Shown here piece after piece: positions 51,116-64,000 of a stretch of DNA of 64,000 nt. The notes under the pieces are model-generated. The model was not told where the DNA came from and searched no databases. It saw nothing but the letters and a program-made list of their open reading frames with translations. The stretch's first letter is position 1; each line of letters begins with the position of its first letter. The translations under genes were made by a program, and so were the position numbers. The stretch comes from Takakia lepidozioides (taxonomy: Eukaryota; Plantae; Bryophyta): positions 27,280,001 through 27,344,000 of the forward strand of contig CM060731.1 of assembly GCA_030704615.1 (NCBI GenBank), read 5' to 3'.

Positions 51116-52009
51116 GATGTATGACACTGTTTTGAAAGCTGAATGTCATTCCAATGGAGTTCCTGTTTTTTGTGATCACATTGAATTCAGAGTCCTATTT
51201 TCCTCATATGGGTCCCATACACCTTGAGTTTCACTGCCAGGCTCATTGCAAGTTAATCCTTTTACTCCCTCTCCTTGACTGTCGCTTGAGGCTGTCACTT
51301 TCTTCCATGGAAATATAACACAAGCACCATGGTGGCCATGTAGTGGCAGCCTTGAAAGATGGAGTACTTATGTTCTTACAGACCTTCATTATGAAACATA
51401 AATTGCACTTGACTGTGAGTGGCACCTTGCAGTGGCAGCTAGTGATTTCTGTGATATTGTCTACAGGGGAGATATTCTTGTTCATTATTCTGCTGGCAGA
51501 CTAAATATTATTCTTTAATGCAGATACTGAGTTCGGGACATCTGACAGCCTAGCCTTCATTCTCTTAGTTCTGCCAACCTTGTGGCTGTGATAGACTAGA
51601 ATATGAAACAAGCTTCTGGACCTATAATGGCTCCACCCTCCAATATAGAATATATAAGACAACACTAATGTGAATGATGATATTTGACAACATGCCTTGG
51701 CAATTTGAAAGCTATGTATATGGGTTTGTGGTCTATCCAATATGCCTCTGTACTCCGATGTGTATTGTTGGTTTGGTGTATTTGTCCAAAAGTGATCCAA
51801 TGGAACCATATATTGTAATAGCTTGCATAAATTGAAATGTCATGTTGATCGACTCATAAATTGTAACCGCTGTTTTGACAATTGATGAATTATTTCTAGT
51901 ATATTAATATTAAAAACACCCTCAATAATGGCAGGACAAAAACTTGGTATGTCATCAATAATTGTTTGTAAATATGATAAAATCATGTTTTTTTTTTTTT
52001 TGGTGGGTG

Positions 52010-52930
52010 CAGGACAGGGGACAGAGGCCCTGCCAGGTTATATCTTTATTAATAATTATTTCGTTAAAAAAATTAAAACCCCTATTACACCATGAGGGAC
52101 ACACACCGTAGTCAGTGAATAAATTCACTACACCTCCTAGAGTAGGAGAGACGTCTAAAGAAAGCAACTGTCTTCTACAGAAAATGCTAAAGGCTGGTTA
52201 GGTGGACAGAGTCTCCCATCATAAGAGCGCTTTAAGATGTTTAGGAAATGATGAAAAAGTCCTGGTAAAGCATGATGTTGACCTCTGTAAACGCTAATCT
52301 ACTCTATCTATAATGGAGCCGTGAGGGCTTAGCTATTGGTTTCAAGTGTTTCCAATCAAGATCCCGTTCAAGCTCTGGCGATACTGTGGAGGGTCGCTCG
52401 GTGATCACGCCAGCACGGGGGAGGGAGCTCGGCCCAGGAGGCAAGATAATTCCTTGGAAGCCCCAGGTGTTTGGAAGTTTGCATGGATGGCTGCAGCGCT
52501 CTTTGAGTTCCGCTTGATGTCTGCACAAGTTTTTGACCAAGCTTTACGTGACTTAGTACTAAGGTCGTAGAAAACATTTGACAGTAGAGTAGATACATTG
52601 GAAGGTTCCCCAGAGAAAGTTTTCCCGCATCGTGCCAAAGTGTTGACCCTCTGAGGGTTTCAAAGACGGGACAGTTCAGAGATCTTTGCTTGGTAGCAAG
52701 GTCATAGTTCAGAAGTAGATCCCACTGGTATAAGAGGTTTTTGATTCCAATTACCATAGAAAATTTTGACCAAAGGCCAGGCAGCTGGGGCATGACAGAG
52801 AAGCAGGCAGTGTTCTACTGATTCCACGACACCACCTGCACAGCAACCACACAGAAGTGCTTCCTGAAACTGTAACCATTCCCCCACCTTTGGATATTGA
52901 AAGTGATGGAGGTTTGTAAATGATAACAAT
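52010..52930 (-). mobile_element. L1/Tx1-like LINE 3' fragment
   Basis: zf-RVT-like CGCC...ESVEHCLLLC..W and ETLRGSTLW. Confidence 0.55.
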
Positions 52931-52944
52931 GTGGATAGCTCTTC

Positions 52945-53235
52945 TTATATTTTCTTGAAAATGGCCATTATATATTCAGCACCAGAACATGAAAACATTT
53001 CATAAGATGTTAACGATATTGTTTTGTCGTACAATAGCATTGTACCATGGCTACCATGAAGAGCCATATGCGAATATTTTGTGGTATCTATGAATAAGTT
53101 TATTTCAGAAGTTTCAGGATGAAACTGTATTTCATTGAGACATAAAATATGAGCTTGTAAATTGTTGTTTGCAAATACATCTTTTTTATGTAATAACAAG
53201 GATCTAATATTTAAATGGTGTAAAAGAACATGTGA

Positions 53236-53275
<40 letters not shown>

Positions 53276-54680
53276 GAGACAAAATTGTATAACTTAAGCC
53301 ATGTTTATGTATTCCTGTTGGATCAAACGCCAAATAGTCTAAAGTTACACCTTGTGAACAATGTATAGTTCTAAATGAATAGGAAAATGTGTTCTCGTAA
53401 TTATATGTGATGTATTGGATCCTATTTGAATTTCTTTTGTAATTGGTTGAATTGGAGTCCAGAACTCATTTATTGTTGGGTTATATAAAAGAATATTTTT
53501 GCACGTGTAGCAACTCCAAATTTTGGATTATTAAATTGTATCCATATTGAAGGCATTGAGTTTGTTAACACTGAAATATGTTTAAATTTACCGTTCGCTC
53601 CGTTTCCTAAACCATCATGTGTTGCATAGTTTCTCGCACATAACTTTACTAATATCTTGTTTAACACGAAGAGTTATATGTAAGCCAGCTATATTGGCTA
53701 TATTATCTCAAAGCTTAAAAGTGGATGGACATGTATCATTATGCTTATCAATAGCTTCACAGATATATATATACATCCTTTTAGTTTGATTATGGATTAA
53801 CATAGATTTGTTTGTAAAATACAATTATGGAAATGTTGGATTGTTAGGAGCAAGACGACAACATTGTCGATTTATCATATCAATCAAATTGAGATGTTAT
53901 TGCAATTCACAGTCTATTTAAGATGGCAATGATTTCATTGTGTGATTGACACATTACTTGATTAAGTTCGTAACATTTGATATAATCTTACCAAAAACTA
54001 GGTACTAAAGCATCCGGACCTTCATTTTTCTTCTTGAAAATCCATGAATGTTGCACTGGCAGCGCTTGATAGAATCTCCAATGATAATAACATCAAAATT
54101 ACCAAAGTAAGTATTATGAATTGGTTTTATTGATCTCAGTAGTTGATCAGTAAATGTATGCATCCTTTTACCTACAGGAGATCCGAGACACTTCATCTAA
54201 GACCATAAGTTGTAGTTCGTCAAAAAAAAATTGTAATGTGTCTAGTTGTTTAGAACCTAGCTATGACAAATCTTTGCAATTAAGAGGTATGCTTAGTCAC
54301 GAAGGGATTGTTGTTCAATCTACATTGAACGTAACCTTTCCAGTATATGCTATGAGAATTTATTTTTGTTTATGTGTATCAGATTGTGGATGTCTATTGT
54401 AAAATTTCAATAAACCTTGAATAATAAGCAATAAAGTAAATATTTTTCTAGTTCTTGCTCTCCAAGTTATGAACAAGTGCAAAGGTTTATTAGGAAACAA
54501 ATGTTGTCTGTATATACAATCATCAAAATTTGTGTGTTGCTCTATATTAAGTTTTCACAGTTGTGCATAAAAGTTTGTCGTGGAAATAATATTATTATGC
54601 GCGCAAAAGAGATGTTTGTATTAGGTGTTGTAAGTAAACCCATTTCAGGGTGCAAATGGAATTCAGTAGCCATATCATAT
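52945..54680 (-). mobile_element. Degenerate Helitron/Helentron RepHel remnant (PIF1 helicase plus APE-like endonuclease)
   Basis: VGKRM..DQLLRSIK..YFGNFDVIIIGD and NYATHDGLGNGANG (PIF1); HILCLNE..HGTMLLY (endonuclease); (TA)n at ~53239-53272. Confidence 0.75.
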
Positions 54681-54688
54681 GGTTCTAT

Positions 54689-55170
54689 CAGTGTCGAGCG
54701 GGTATATTATATACCAGGGTCCGGGTATAAAACATAACCTGGCTCGCCCCTTGCATGATATCTTGACCCGGCCCTACTGGTCGGGTATTTAATCTTATCC
54801 TACTCCACTCTCTGATCCACCCTCTCTCCTGTTGTCTGACCTTCTTCAGGTTGTAGGTGATACTAGAATAGTTTGATTTATTTCTTTGTGTTAATATATC
54901 TAGTTCTACGAGCTTTGGTTGTTTCCTTTTGACAGTTACACCCATTTGTAAGTATGCAGGAGAATGCTTCAATGGAAAAGTGCGCAGATCAATATCATTT
55001 TGGTTGCATGTCCTTTAAGAAAGGTATGGTGTACCTAGGATATTGTGGCCCCATGTACATGGACCCTGACCCAATGTGACAGGTAAAAATGTGTAGAGGC
55101 CGGGTATTTTCACACGTCTGGGTTCTTGATAGGACACGGGTACGAGGGGAGGCGAGATGAAGCCGCCCCA
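54689..55170. mobile_element. Partial copy of the hAT-MITE family
   Basis: Begins CAGTGTCGAGCGGGTAT and carries CCGGGTAT repeats like 41825-42644; right TIR and TSD not found. Confidence 0.45.
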
Positions 55171-55179
55171 GCAACCTCT

Positions 55180-57255
55180 ACCCGACGTAAAATAGATTGA
55201 GCTTAAGCCTTTTGCAAAGCAACAGAAAAGCTACAAGAACAGAGGCGTATGGGCTTCTAAGGCTTTTGTTTTTTGCTGCACGATGGGCACATGTGCAAAG
55301 GAACTCGTTGAACTGATGATGCAAACAACCAAAGATCTCGACTGCCGAAGGAAGGAATGTGTCTGTGGAATGACGTGCCCGATAGTCATGCTCATTTCCC
55401 TGCGTAACTATTGAAGCGGCAACTCCCTATGATGAGGTTGTGCCGGGCAGGAGATCCGACCTATTAGGATCAGCGATGACAACGTCCGCCAATGTACGCA
55501 GTCCATCCTGTGAGAGAACAATGTCGTGGGTGGATGGGAGTATGTGCACCTGCTCTCGAATGACATGTATCCCAACATCACGAGCAACCGCAGCTGCTGC
55601 ATCCCAGACGACGTCATGCGTCGCAGTGCGTTCTCCACCGCAGGGGCAACGAAGAAGATGTACAGCGAGTGAATCGAGATGATGGCGACAAATACATTGT
55701 TGTAGTCCTAACACAGAGGGATGCGGAAGACCCATTCAAACTCGTAGGGAGGTGGTAAATACAGCTGAAGACATGCGGAAGGGTGCAATGGTTGGTCGTA
55801 CCGTGAGCCACGCGCCTGCTCCGGGCCCTGCGCACAAGAGAAGTCTGGCCCGATGTGTATCTGAAGGAGCGTCGAAAAGCATGCTGGCAAATGAGTGTCG
55901 GTGCACGCGTTCCATGATAGTATCATGTAAATGCTCCAGACCCTGAGTGACCAACTGTTCAAAGGGTGGCAGACAATCCCGTGCTGGTGTTGGGATGAGA
56001 TCTTGCGCTGAACGAAGATGTTGCTGGAAGGACAAAGAGCCATTGTTGATATGGGCAGCCACCTCCATGAGAAAAGGGCGTTGCTGACACATAAACCGAG
56101 ATGCCAAGGTTGGAGTGACTAAAGCCCAACTACCTAGAAAGGCAACAGGGGCAGTGATGAATGTGGATAGTAAACCCACTCCTCCAGAAGAGATCGGGAA
56201 GGTAGCCTGAGGACATGCCAAGGGCCCCTGCTCACTATCAAATGCACCTGGGCCTAATAGACGACCAAAAATCCCCCTAACAGTCGTATAAAAAGAAGAC
56301 AGAAGCTCCACAAACTGGGGAGTTGAGGGGGAAACAGTAAAAGATAAGAAGGTCGCTGTAAAAAGCATTTAGTGAGAATGCCATGGGCTACCTGCATATC
56401 CCCTAGTTTGGGAAGAAGCTCTATATGGCTTGTATCCTATATTCCTACTTCGGACTGGATTACTGTAAGATCTCCGGTACGGGTGTGATGACTGTAAAAC
56501 AAAAGGATGGAGGAAGCATAAAACAATCCCACAAAGGGAATGAGTTGATGGCATGCGCCGCCGGCTGATCGCAGTTCCTGAAATATTGCTGATCTGGACA
56601 CCGTGTTGAAGGCGTTGGTCACATGCACCTGAAGGACGACCCATTTTGGATGAAGGTCAAGGGAAGCCCGAATCCCATGCACCACCGCTTCACAACCTCC
56701 CGGAGTAGCGACCCCAAACTGATGTGGAGAAAAGTGAGAAGAAATGACCTCCCGAAACTGGATCCAGATAGAGCGGCTCACCAAGCGATATAGAACCTCC
56801 CCCACTGCAATAGGACGAATCCCACCTGTGTTCTTGGACATGGCCAAGAGCCGTGCTGCTCCAAACAAACGTGTTACTGGGGTAGGTATATGTCCCATCG
56901 CAATGAAAGAGCAAACTTCGAACAGCTGGGAAAAGCCACTAGCAGAGTCATGTGGATCGAGACAGTCGCGGAGATGTTCATACATCAAACTAGACGGACC
57001 GGCTGTTGCAAGATGAGGGCTACGAGTGAATACTTGTATGAAAGTATCGCGATCCAATTGAAGGTCCTCATCAGGTTCAAAGTCCTCCACAAAGGAAAGA
57101 AGGATGTCGTCCGCACTGGGGTGGAGATTCTCCAAAGCTGTGACAGTATCAGCCGAAGGCGGTGCTGGGGTAAGAGGAGCAAGAGCTTGAGCTGCACGGG
57201 AATACTCTCCTGCCCGGCCTAGCATAAGACTCCGACGAAGACGCATGTGGATAGA
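55180..57255 (-). mobile_element. CRE-like (RLE-clade) non-LTR retrotransposon, 5'-truncated and frameshifted
   Basis: GGIRPIAVGEVLYRL, QFGVATPGGCEAVVH, TNAFNTVSR, SSGGVGL, GAGAWL, HLLRC..GERTATHD, LADVVIADP. Confidence 0.85.
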
Positions 57256-57259
57256 TGGA

Positions 57260-57490
57260 GTGGCCTGGTGTGGGCCAACGACGCAATGGCGTGAGCGTTG
57301 CACGTGAGCGCGCGAGCGTACGCTCACGCAGGAGTGACGTGGCGTGAGCGTACACTCACGCCAGCTGACGTGGCGTGAGCGTCATGTCAGCATGCTGATG
57401 TGGCGGTAAATGATGACGTGGCACTGTCCGTCAACTGCCACGTCAGCATTAACATGCGCCGCCTATAACCGTGGATGGTCCTATGACCGT
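57260..57490. repeat. Palindrome- and repeat-rich terminal region of the MULE-like element
   Basis: Repeated GCGTGAGC and TGACGTGGC; hairpins GGCGTGAG..CTCACGCC and TGACGTGGCA..TGCCACGTCA. Confidence 0.6.
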
Positions 57491-57898
57491 GGAATTAATG
57501 CAGGGAATCTTGCCTAAATAGAATCAAGACGAGCGTTGAGGCCTACAATTGCAGCATCCAACATTGTGCAATTACAAATGCTTGTTTCACTTTTACAATT
57601 ACGAAGACGACAAAATATCCTCACAAAGTGTGCGCCATAAAGGCTGCCACGAGAAGACTTCCTCCCTCCTCAAATAACAATGAGAGTTATGATCATCTTC
57701 AAAAGATGATTGTAGTGCATAGCGACAGCAAGACATGTAGACTTCGAACGGTGCAATGACAAATGTGCACTACCTAAAAGTTGTCACTCTGAGCTCACTC
57801 CGTATAGTTGGAGGCCATATCATTGCACAGCCGACGAATTGATGTGAATTACACATTTCAAATCATGGTCATCCACATACCACATTACATAGTTCATG

Positions 57899-60800
57899 CT
57901 ACCCATGTGTTGTATCCCGCTGCAAAAGAGTATCGACCTCGTTGAAACTCATAGTGGCCTGGTGAATGAAGTTGTCACGTTTGGGATCGCAAACCATCCT
58001 CCTCAAAAATATGAAATACAAATGTTTGCAGGGTATGAATTTACCTCTCTTGCCCAAACTGGTTGATAGCATATTTACAAAATCAGGACATGTGCAATTG
58101 GGGAAATTGGAAACCGTGATGTCGTAGGTCCTGTCATGAACAGCAGATGTGGAAGTGATGATTGTGAATACCCGACCATATCCTGGATCGGGTACTTCCG
58201 TGGTGCTTCCGACACGAGCTTGGAGCATTCTTGCGGACTCCACTTTGCCAAAGTGTTCAGCGGTTGGAGGGAAACGCCGAACGAGCTTTCCATCTCGTTT
58301 GGTTGGCCACAAGTCAGGATTTGCTGGGGGGACCCGGGAGGACGCAGAAGTAGTAGCACATGCATGGAGTTGGGGTTGTCTCGCAAGGGAAAAACCTGCC
58401 TCCTCCAGCATTTCAATCTCCTGAAAGCTGAGATGTGTTCCCACCTTCACGGGCCAAACGGTTGGAGGAGATGGCTTCATCACTACGGAAAGGACGCACA
58501 GTTCCATGCACACATCTGGCACAATCATCTGCGCAGAACCAGAACTTGTGGTTCTTGGCTTCTGGTTGACCGTATGGACGCATCAAGCCCGTGAAAGTCG
58601 GAGCAGGAGTTCGGGCACCACCTCTGGATATAGATGAAGTGCACACTCTCGAAATTAGTTGCCCTGATCGCTGTACATTTCACACGAGACCCGACACTTG
58701 TGCGTTCTATGTGCCAAACGTGGTCGGGGCATGCGGACTCAAGCACATCAAGGGGGTTGTTTCTCTCCTGCACCATTTCAGTGGCACGGTTTGATGCTGG
58801 AGCTTGCCGTCGTGTTGGAGGTTCCTCCACAATGGAGGTTCCGGACATGGAGCTGTCATGCAGGGAACACGAGGCTTCGAGAAGTTATCACGGTCTGCCC
58901 TGTGGGAATCTGAATCCGAACCAGGTGGAGTGTTCAATTTCCTCTTACAGGAGCCGAATCTCTCCTCCCCTTCAAGATGTGGAACTCTAGAAACAAGTGG
59001 CGTTCCCTGGGCATACATGCTCACCGCCCGTGCTATCTTGATTGGATCCCCAGATCTGTTTGCAGCACGCAACATCAACTCCCATTTGTCCGGACCCTTG
59101 CCACCAACCCCACCTCGTAAGAAATCACGGTATCGGGTTTGTTGTTGCAAGGCACGTATCAAATCATCTGTTGTTGCCACATACAAATCCCGACCTCGTT
59201 TCCCAGACTGCTGCAACCATGCATTGTGCACAGTTTCTGCCAAATTGCAAGATGGCATGTCCGCCATTTCCTCAATGGACATGTTCTGCAAAGAGGATAA
59301 CCACACTTCAGAACAGTGCACAGGAAACAACATAAAGAAAGCAATGAGTCAAAAATATGGAAAGCAAATGTATGAATAAAGCATGAAATAGAAGCCTCGT
59401 ACCATTGTCATGGCTGCTCCCCACTGTCTATATCGGAAGTGCCAAAACGCCAGCCAATCTTCCAATGCTCTCATACTCTCAAGTGATGCAGCTCCAGAAG
59501 AGAACCACCAGGCACGAATTGTCTGGAACAAAGTGTCCGCCTCCTTCATTGTTCTAGCATCTTTGTACTCTTTGCACAATTTACGGTGCTGAGTCTGCAT
59601 CTCTGGTTTGATGTCCGACTTTGTATGTTTTTCCAGAGATTGTGTCCAATGGAATAGACATGTACGCTCTCTTCCTGGCATAGGCACTTTTGGGTCGCCC
59701 GATCCGAAGACAATACGAATAGCATTGAAATTTGCTTGAGCACTATCCGCCATGAAACCTGCGAAATTTGGAGATGGCAGCCCATGACACGTATCAGGGA
59801 ATTCCACATGAGCTTCTGGGATTCCGTATCCTCGGATTGCATGTCACAAACTGCAATTGTCATAACTCGTTGGTACACTGGATCGTAGACATGACAAGCC
59901 ATTGTCGTCCAATCCTTCACTCGTTTCACATGATCAAACATAAGAAAACAGTTCTGCAAGTCCCCAGTCTTCTGCATCCGCTTCACGAGGCTAACCCCAC
60001 TGCCCTCCCCAACAGTCGACATTTTGAAAAGAAAAACTTTGATGGCACCTTGACCTGGGAATACATTGTCCTGGATGTAATCGTACTTGCTCACTCGTTT
60101 CAATTCCAAAATATTGTCTATGTAGCCTCTGATCCCAGAGCCCATTCTCAATGCATTGATCTGATGCCGAATGTTAGGTGAACTTAAAGTGGAGAAATGA
60201 TCCATGACCAGGTCCAATGCTGCACCGTCAAGTTTAGTCCCCACAGAATCTCCTTCACTCAAAATATGGCTTTCCAAGAAGGACTTGCTTGCGCCAAGAG
60301 CAATTGCAGATGTTGTTGCGGATGGGTTTCTCCCGAACTCCTGTTTGATCAACCTCGATACTGTCTCAACACTCTCCCTGTAATCCCCCTTCGAGACAGG
60401 ATGGTTATGGAATCCAAAATGCACACAAGCTCTCGTCATTGTATTCAAACGGTGGACAACATAGTACATTCTTGCTCCGCAGAGCGCCAAACAGGATGGC
60501 ACAAGTTTGCAGAATTTGCAGACGAAAGTGTTTGCCGGTGGAGGGGCAGTCCCAGGCTGAAATGGATTCTCCGCCAGACCCTCCCATTCGCTTTGATTAT
60601 GAACCCAGACTGAAGAAAGTGTCTGCAATTCAAATTATCACACCTAAGGTGTCCATTGCAAACTGTCCTCCTGAAAACAAGCTTGTCATCATTCTGAATA
60701 TTGGATGTTTTTGTTCTGCACCACGGGTGCCCGTCGTGTTTCTTGTCCATTCCATGCATCATGATTGTTACACCTCCAACTCGCGGAGGAGGAGGCAGCT

Positions 60801-61404
60801 CGAATAGGATATCGCCATCAAAAGTCTCCGGCAAGAACTTCACAGGCACCTGCTTCAAAGATTCCCAATCAATTCCCCGCAACTCACTTTTGAATCCAGC
60901 CATTCCTCCCATCGCCCGCAATTTTGGAATGACACTACAAATCTCTTCTTCATCAGCTTCTGCAACCACAGTAGGAAGGACTGGATTTGGAATTTCACTT
61001 ATGTCATCATCGGAAGAATCCGAAAGCTCAACGATTGGAGTGGAGGAAGTCTGTTCTTTTTTCACCACCACCTCCCTCTTGTCTTCAACGACCGAAGCAG
61101 CAGTCCCGGGCGTCACATATGACCCAAGGGACTTTCGCCGAGGCTCTCCAAGTACTCTGTATCGACCAGGACGCACTCTCCACTGGCTGATATGAGCCGT
61201 CTCATCACGGTTTTGGAAAGAATATTTCACCAACTTCCCTTTCAGATCGTAAACCTCTTTCTCCAAAAAGATGGAGCCATTCTGCAGCTGAAAACGGGTA
61301 GCCAAGACATGTTCCAGAACAATTGCAAATCCATTGTCAAGGACTTCCTGGGAGAACGGCACTGGTTTGTCGTCTGAGAAGAACTCCGCTTCAGAGGAAG
61401 CCAT
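57899..61404 (-). pseudogene. Mutator-like transposase: GCM-like Zn domain, DDE core, Cys-rich region, SWIM finger; intron ~59286-59402; several frameshifts
   Basis: WCRTKTSN..CNGHLRCDNLNC..CKFC..C..HFGFHNHP; LMFDHVKR, FMADSAQAN, CLFH, NLAETVH; NCTCPDF..PCKH. Confidence 0.8.
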
Positions 61405-62257
61405 CTTCCTTCCTCGAGTATGTTTGTACCTTGCTATCGCAGATCTAGTGTAAATCGGTTTACTGCTGTCTCCAGAACACAGTTGAAGAATGAGCAGAGA
61501 ATATGGCGGAGGAAGCTCAGATAACGACTGTGCATATTATGTTATTCTTTCCAGATATGCAGCCGTCCATTTTAATTACTTTTCTTGTGGGCCCAGTGGT
61601 CAGAGTATCCCTAGGGGCAGTGTCGGCAACTGTTAAACCGTTAATCAGAACCTCATCAATAAACCCAATAACAAAGCCGACTTCCTGGAAGCATGCCACA
61701 GGATCTGAGAATGGGATTGCAGATTAAGTAAATGTATCTATATACTACTACCAATGATCATGCGCACCTGGAAAGTTCCAAATGTGAAACGAATGTGGGG
61801 TTTGGCTAACAAGGATGACCGTGTATGATATTCCAAATTTGTCATCAAACTCTCGTTCATTTATATTTATTTGTTTAAGACTGCGCATCAATTTCTGGGA
61901 TTCGCTGTTCTTTTTAAATATTGAACCCGTTCTAATAAAGAACACGCCGTTTTTTTTGGGCGGCACACGTCAGACATCCATAACTGAATACGAACAGCTG
62001 TACACCAATTGCTGGCATGTGCACTAATAAGGAAACGACTATGTGTAACGGTCACGCGGGAGGGAATCCGATGCTTCTAGAGACACGCAAGAACGCAGGC
62101 AATCCCGCAAGAAATCGGGAGTCACTGCGTTTTTCTACTTTTCGCGCTTAGAGGGAGAGTGGTAGTCAAGCTGGAGAGGGTTCCTTCTAGAATACGAAAG
62201 AGAAGAAAGTCTCTTTATTTTACTTCCCTTAGAGAGAGACGCAGAGCAAGAGAGAAA

Positions 62258-63910
62258 ATGACGAGGCGTCGTTTGTTGGAGAACACAGGGCCAAGGCAGC
62301 AGGTGAACGCGGAGACTGATTCACAAGAGCAGACGGAGACTGAGGCAGCGGCTGCGACACAGTCGGCGATAAGAGTGCGCCAGCCTGTGGAGGCAGAGAT
62401 GATTCGCAGGGACACTGAAGAAGGTGGAAGCACGCGGAACGCCGAACCTGGAGAAGGTCAAGAAACCCTTGCGCAGACAGAAACTCCAGCAGATGTGAGA
62501 GGGAAGAGGAAAGCTGCAGAAGGGGATCAAATTTCAAAACCTAAGAAGGTGCCAGTAAGTTTTATCATATAGTCTGTCTGATTGCCTTTCAAGGAGTCCT
62601 TCCTCTTCCCTTCTTTAGCAGGAACTACTGATTGCGAGCGTCGTTAACGCCATTCGATTCTCCTCATGAGATTTATGTACCTATGTGTTTGAAGAGAGAG
62701 TCTGCACTTACTATTCTCCCTAAACTACACTGAATGTCGTTGCCGCCAATCAGTTGCACATGTATGTCATTACACAACACCGATCCGGCAGGTCGTTATC
62801 TTTTGTGATTGTCGTTAACACCGTTCGCTATCGCTCTCGCTTTTGTTTTGAATACGGCAGTCTCAGCTTTGCATGTGTAGATTGTGCTGAATTCTTTCAC
62901 ACCATTCATGGTGAGTTTCCTTGATACAGAGTGATGGTCGTTACCGCCATTCACTATTTGCAAATCACTCAGTCAGAACTGAATGGCATCGTGCAGAAAA
63001 CTGTGAGGTCGAAGCCTACAGGATCAGAGGGGAAAGGATCTGGAGATGGGGACGAGTCCGCAAAAAGCTCAGAGAATACAGATGAAGCAGATGAATCCGA
63101 AGTGCACTACCTTGACAAGGTGAAAGAACTCATGTCATTCCAGAAGGTAAACTCTCAGGAGGTTATAAGGGACATGCTCGTATCTGGAGGGCGTCTGGAC
63201 ATACCTCTGTGCCGGATGATATCAATGCCTGTTGTGCGTCCACCTCTTTCCCATGACATAACAAAATTGGAGAGTGATTTTGTGCATGGATATAGACTTG
63301 GTGCACAAGTTTTTATGTGTCACTGACGGATATAAATGGGAAAAGCACATTAGTGTCTCCAGAGATCAGTGATAACTGGGATGAGTGCTGGAAAGATGCC
63401 AATGAGGAGTTCGAGCTGGGCCTCATGATGGGAAAGAACACCCACAATTCTGCAACCACATGTTCTACGTCTGGGACGGCAACCACCGATTGCTGGCATG
63501 GATGGGATACATTCAGAAACACCATTCGAAAGACAAAGACAAGCATGTTGCTGTGGAGGCAATGGTTTTGGATCCAGGAAACGACATCGCTAGGCTTCTT
63601 ACAGCTATGCACGACGTGAACAAGTAAGTCATCCAGGAGATTTCATTCCCTCTGTAGTGTCTTGTTAATCCTCAAAAAACAGTGTTAAGGAATGCAATGT
63701 TTCCAATGTTTTTGCAGATCGACAGAGAAATCGCATGTGACAACAAGCTTGGTTCACACACTATTCCGAATTCAGAGGATTGGTCTGATGAAGCTGGATG
63801 ATTTTCGGACAGTACTACCACCCAATATCATCAAGAAGTGCGAAACAGGAAGAGCTGCAGGCACTTGGTATTCTTTGACACGAGAGGCGTTTCTGGAGTA
63901 CATGTATGCG
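62258..63910 (+). pseudogene. Spliced gene with ParB/sulfiredoxin-like motif (exons 62258-62554, 62997-63623, 63718-63910; continues beyond the window); two frameshifts in exon 2
   Basis: LDIPLCRMISMPVVRP..ITKLESDF..GY and FYVWDGNHRLLAW (DGNHR at 63475-63489); phase-consistent GT-AG junctions. Confidence 0.65.
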
Positions 63911-64000
63911 GTAAGCCCGAGTCTGTAATCTGTTTACTTTTCGAATACATGTTTGTAGTCCCTTCGGAGCTAATCACTACTTGAATGAATGCAGCAAGAA

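Overview
TE-rich eukaryotic window from a land plant, probably a non-seed plant such as a bryophyte (inferred from the spliced plant genes and the TE lineages). Two host genes appear intact: a MYB-CC/PHR1-like transcription factor (31012-~35108, +) and a 6-phosphogluconolactonase (43749-51115, +, with a LINE in one intron). The rest is nested mobile DNA: a 5'-truncated chromovirus, RLE- and APE-type LINEs, tRNA-derived SINEs, a hAT MITE, a Helitron/Helentron remnant, Tat-like Gypsy fragments and Mutator-like elements. The main object of interest is an 11.8-kb Ty3/Gypsy-like element (9820-21628, 5-bp TSD GAAGT, inserted in a SINE). It encodes Gag-PR-[DNMT3-like C5 cytosine methyltransferase]-RT-RH-IN-[PHD finger]. 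It also has an LTR-complementary (self-priming) PBS, captured host-gene fragments and an extra intact ORF. Its termini are permuted as A...B-A-B, as expected if a 2-LTR circle was opened at an internal palindrome GACA|GC|TGTC. A second candidate system is a GCM-like/DDE/SWIM Mutator transposase with a divergent ParB/Srx-like partner gene (57260-64000). Many frameshifts may be long-read consensus errors. All domain calls come from motif recognition by eye, with no database searches.
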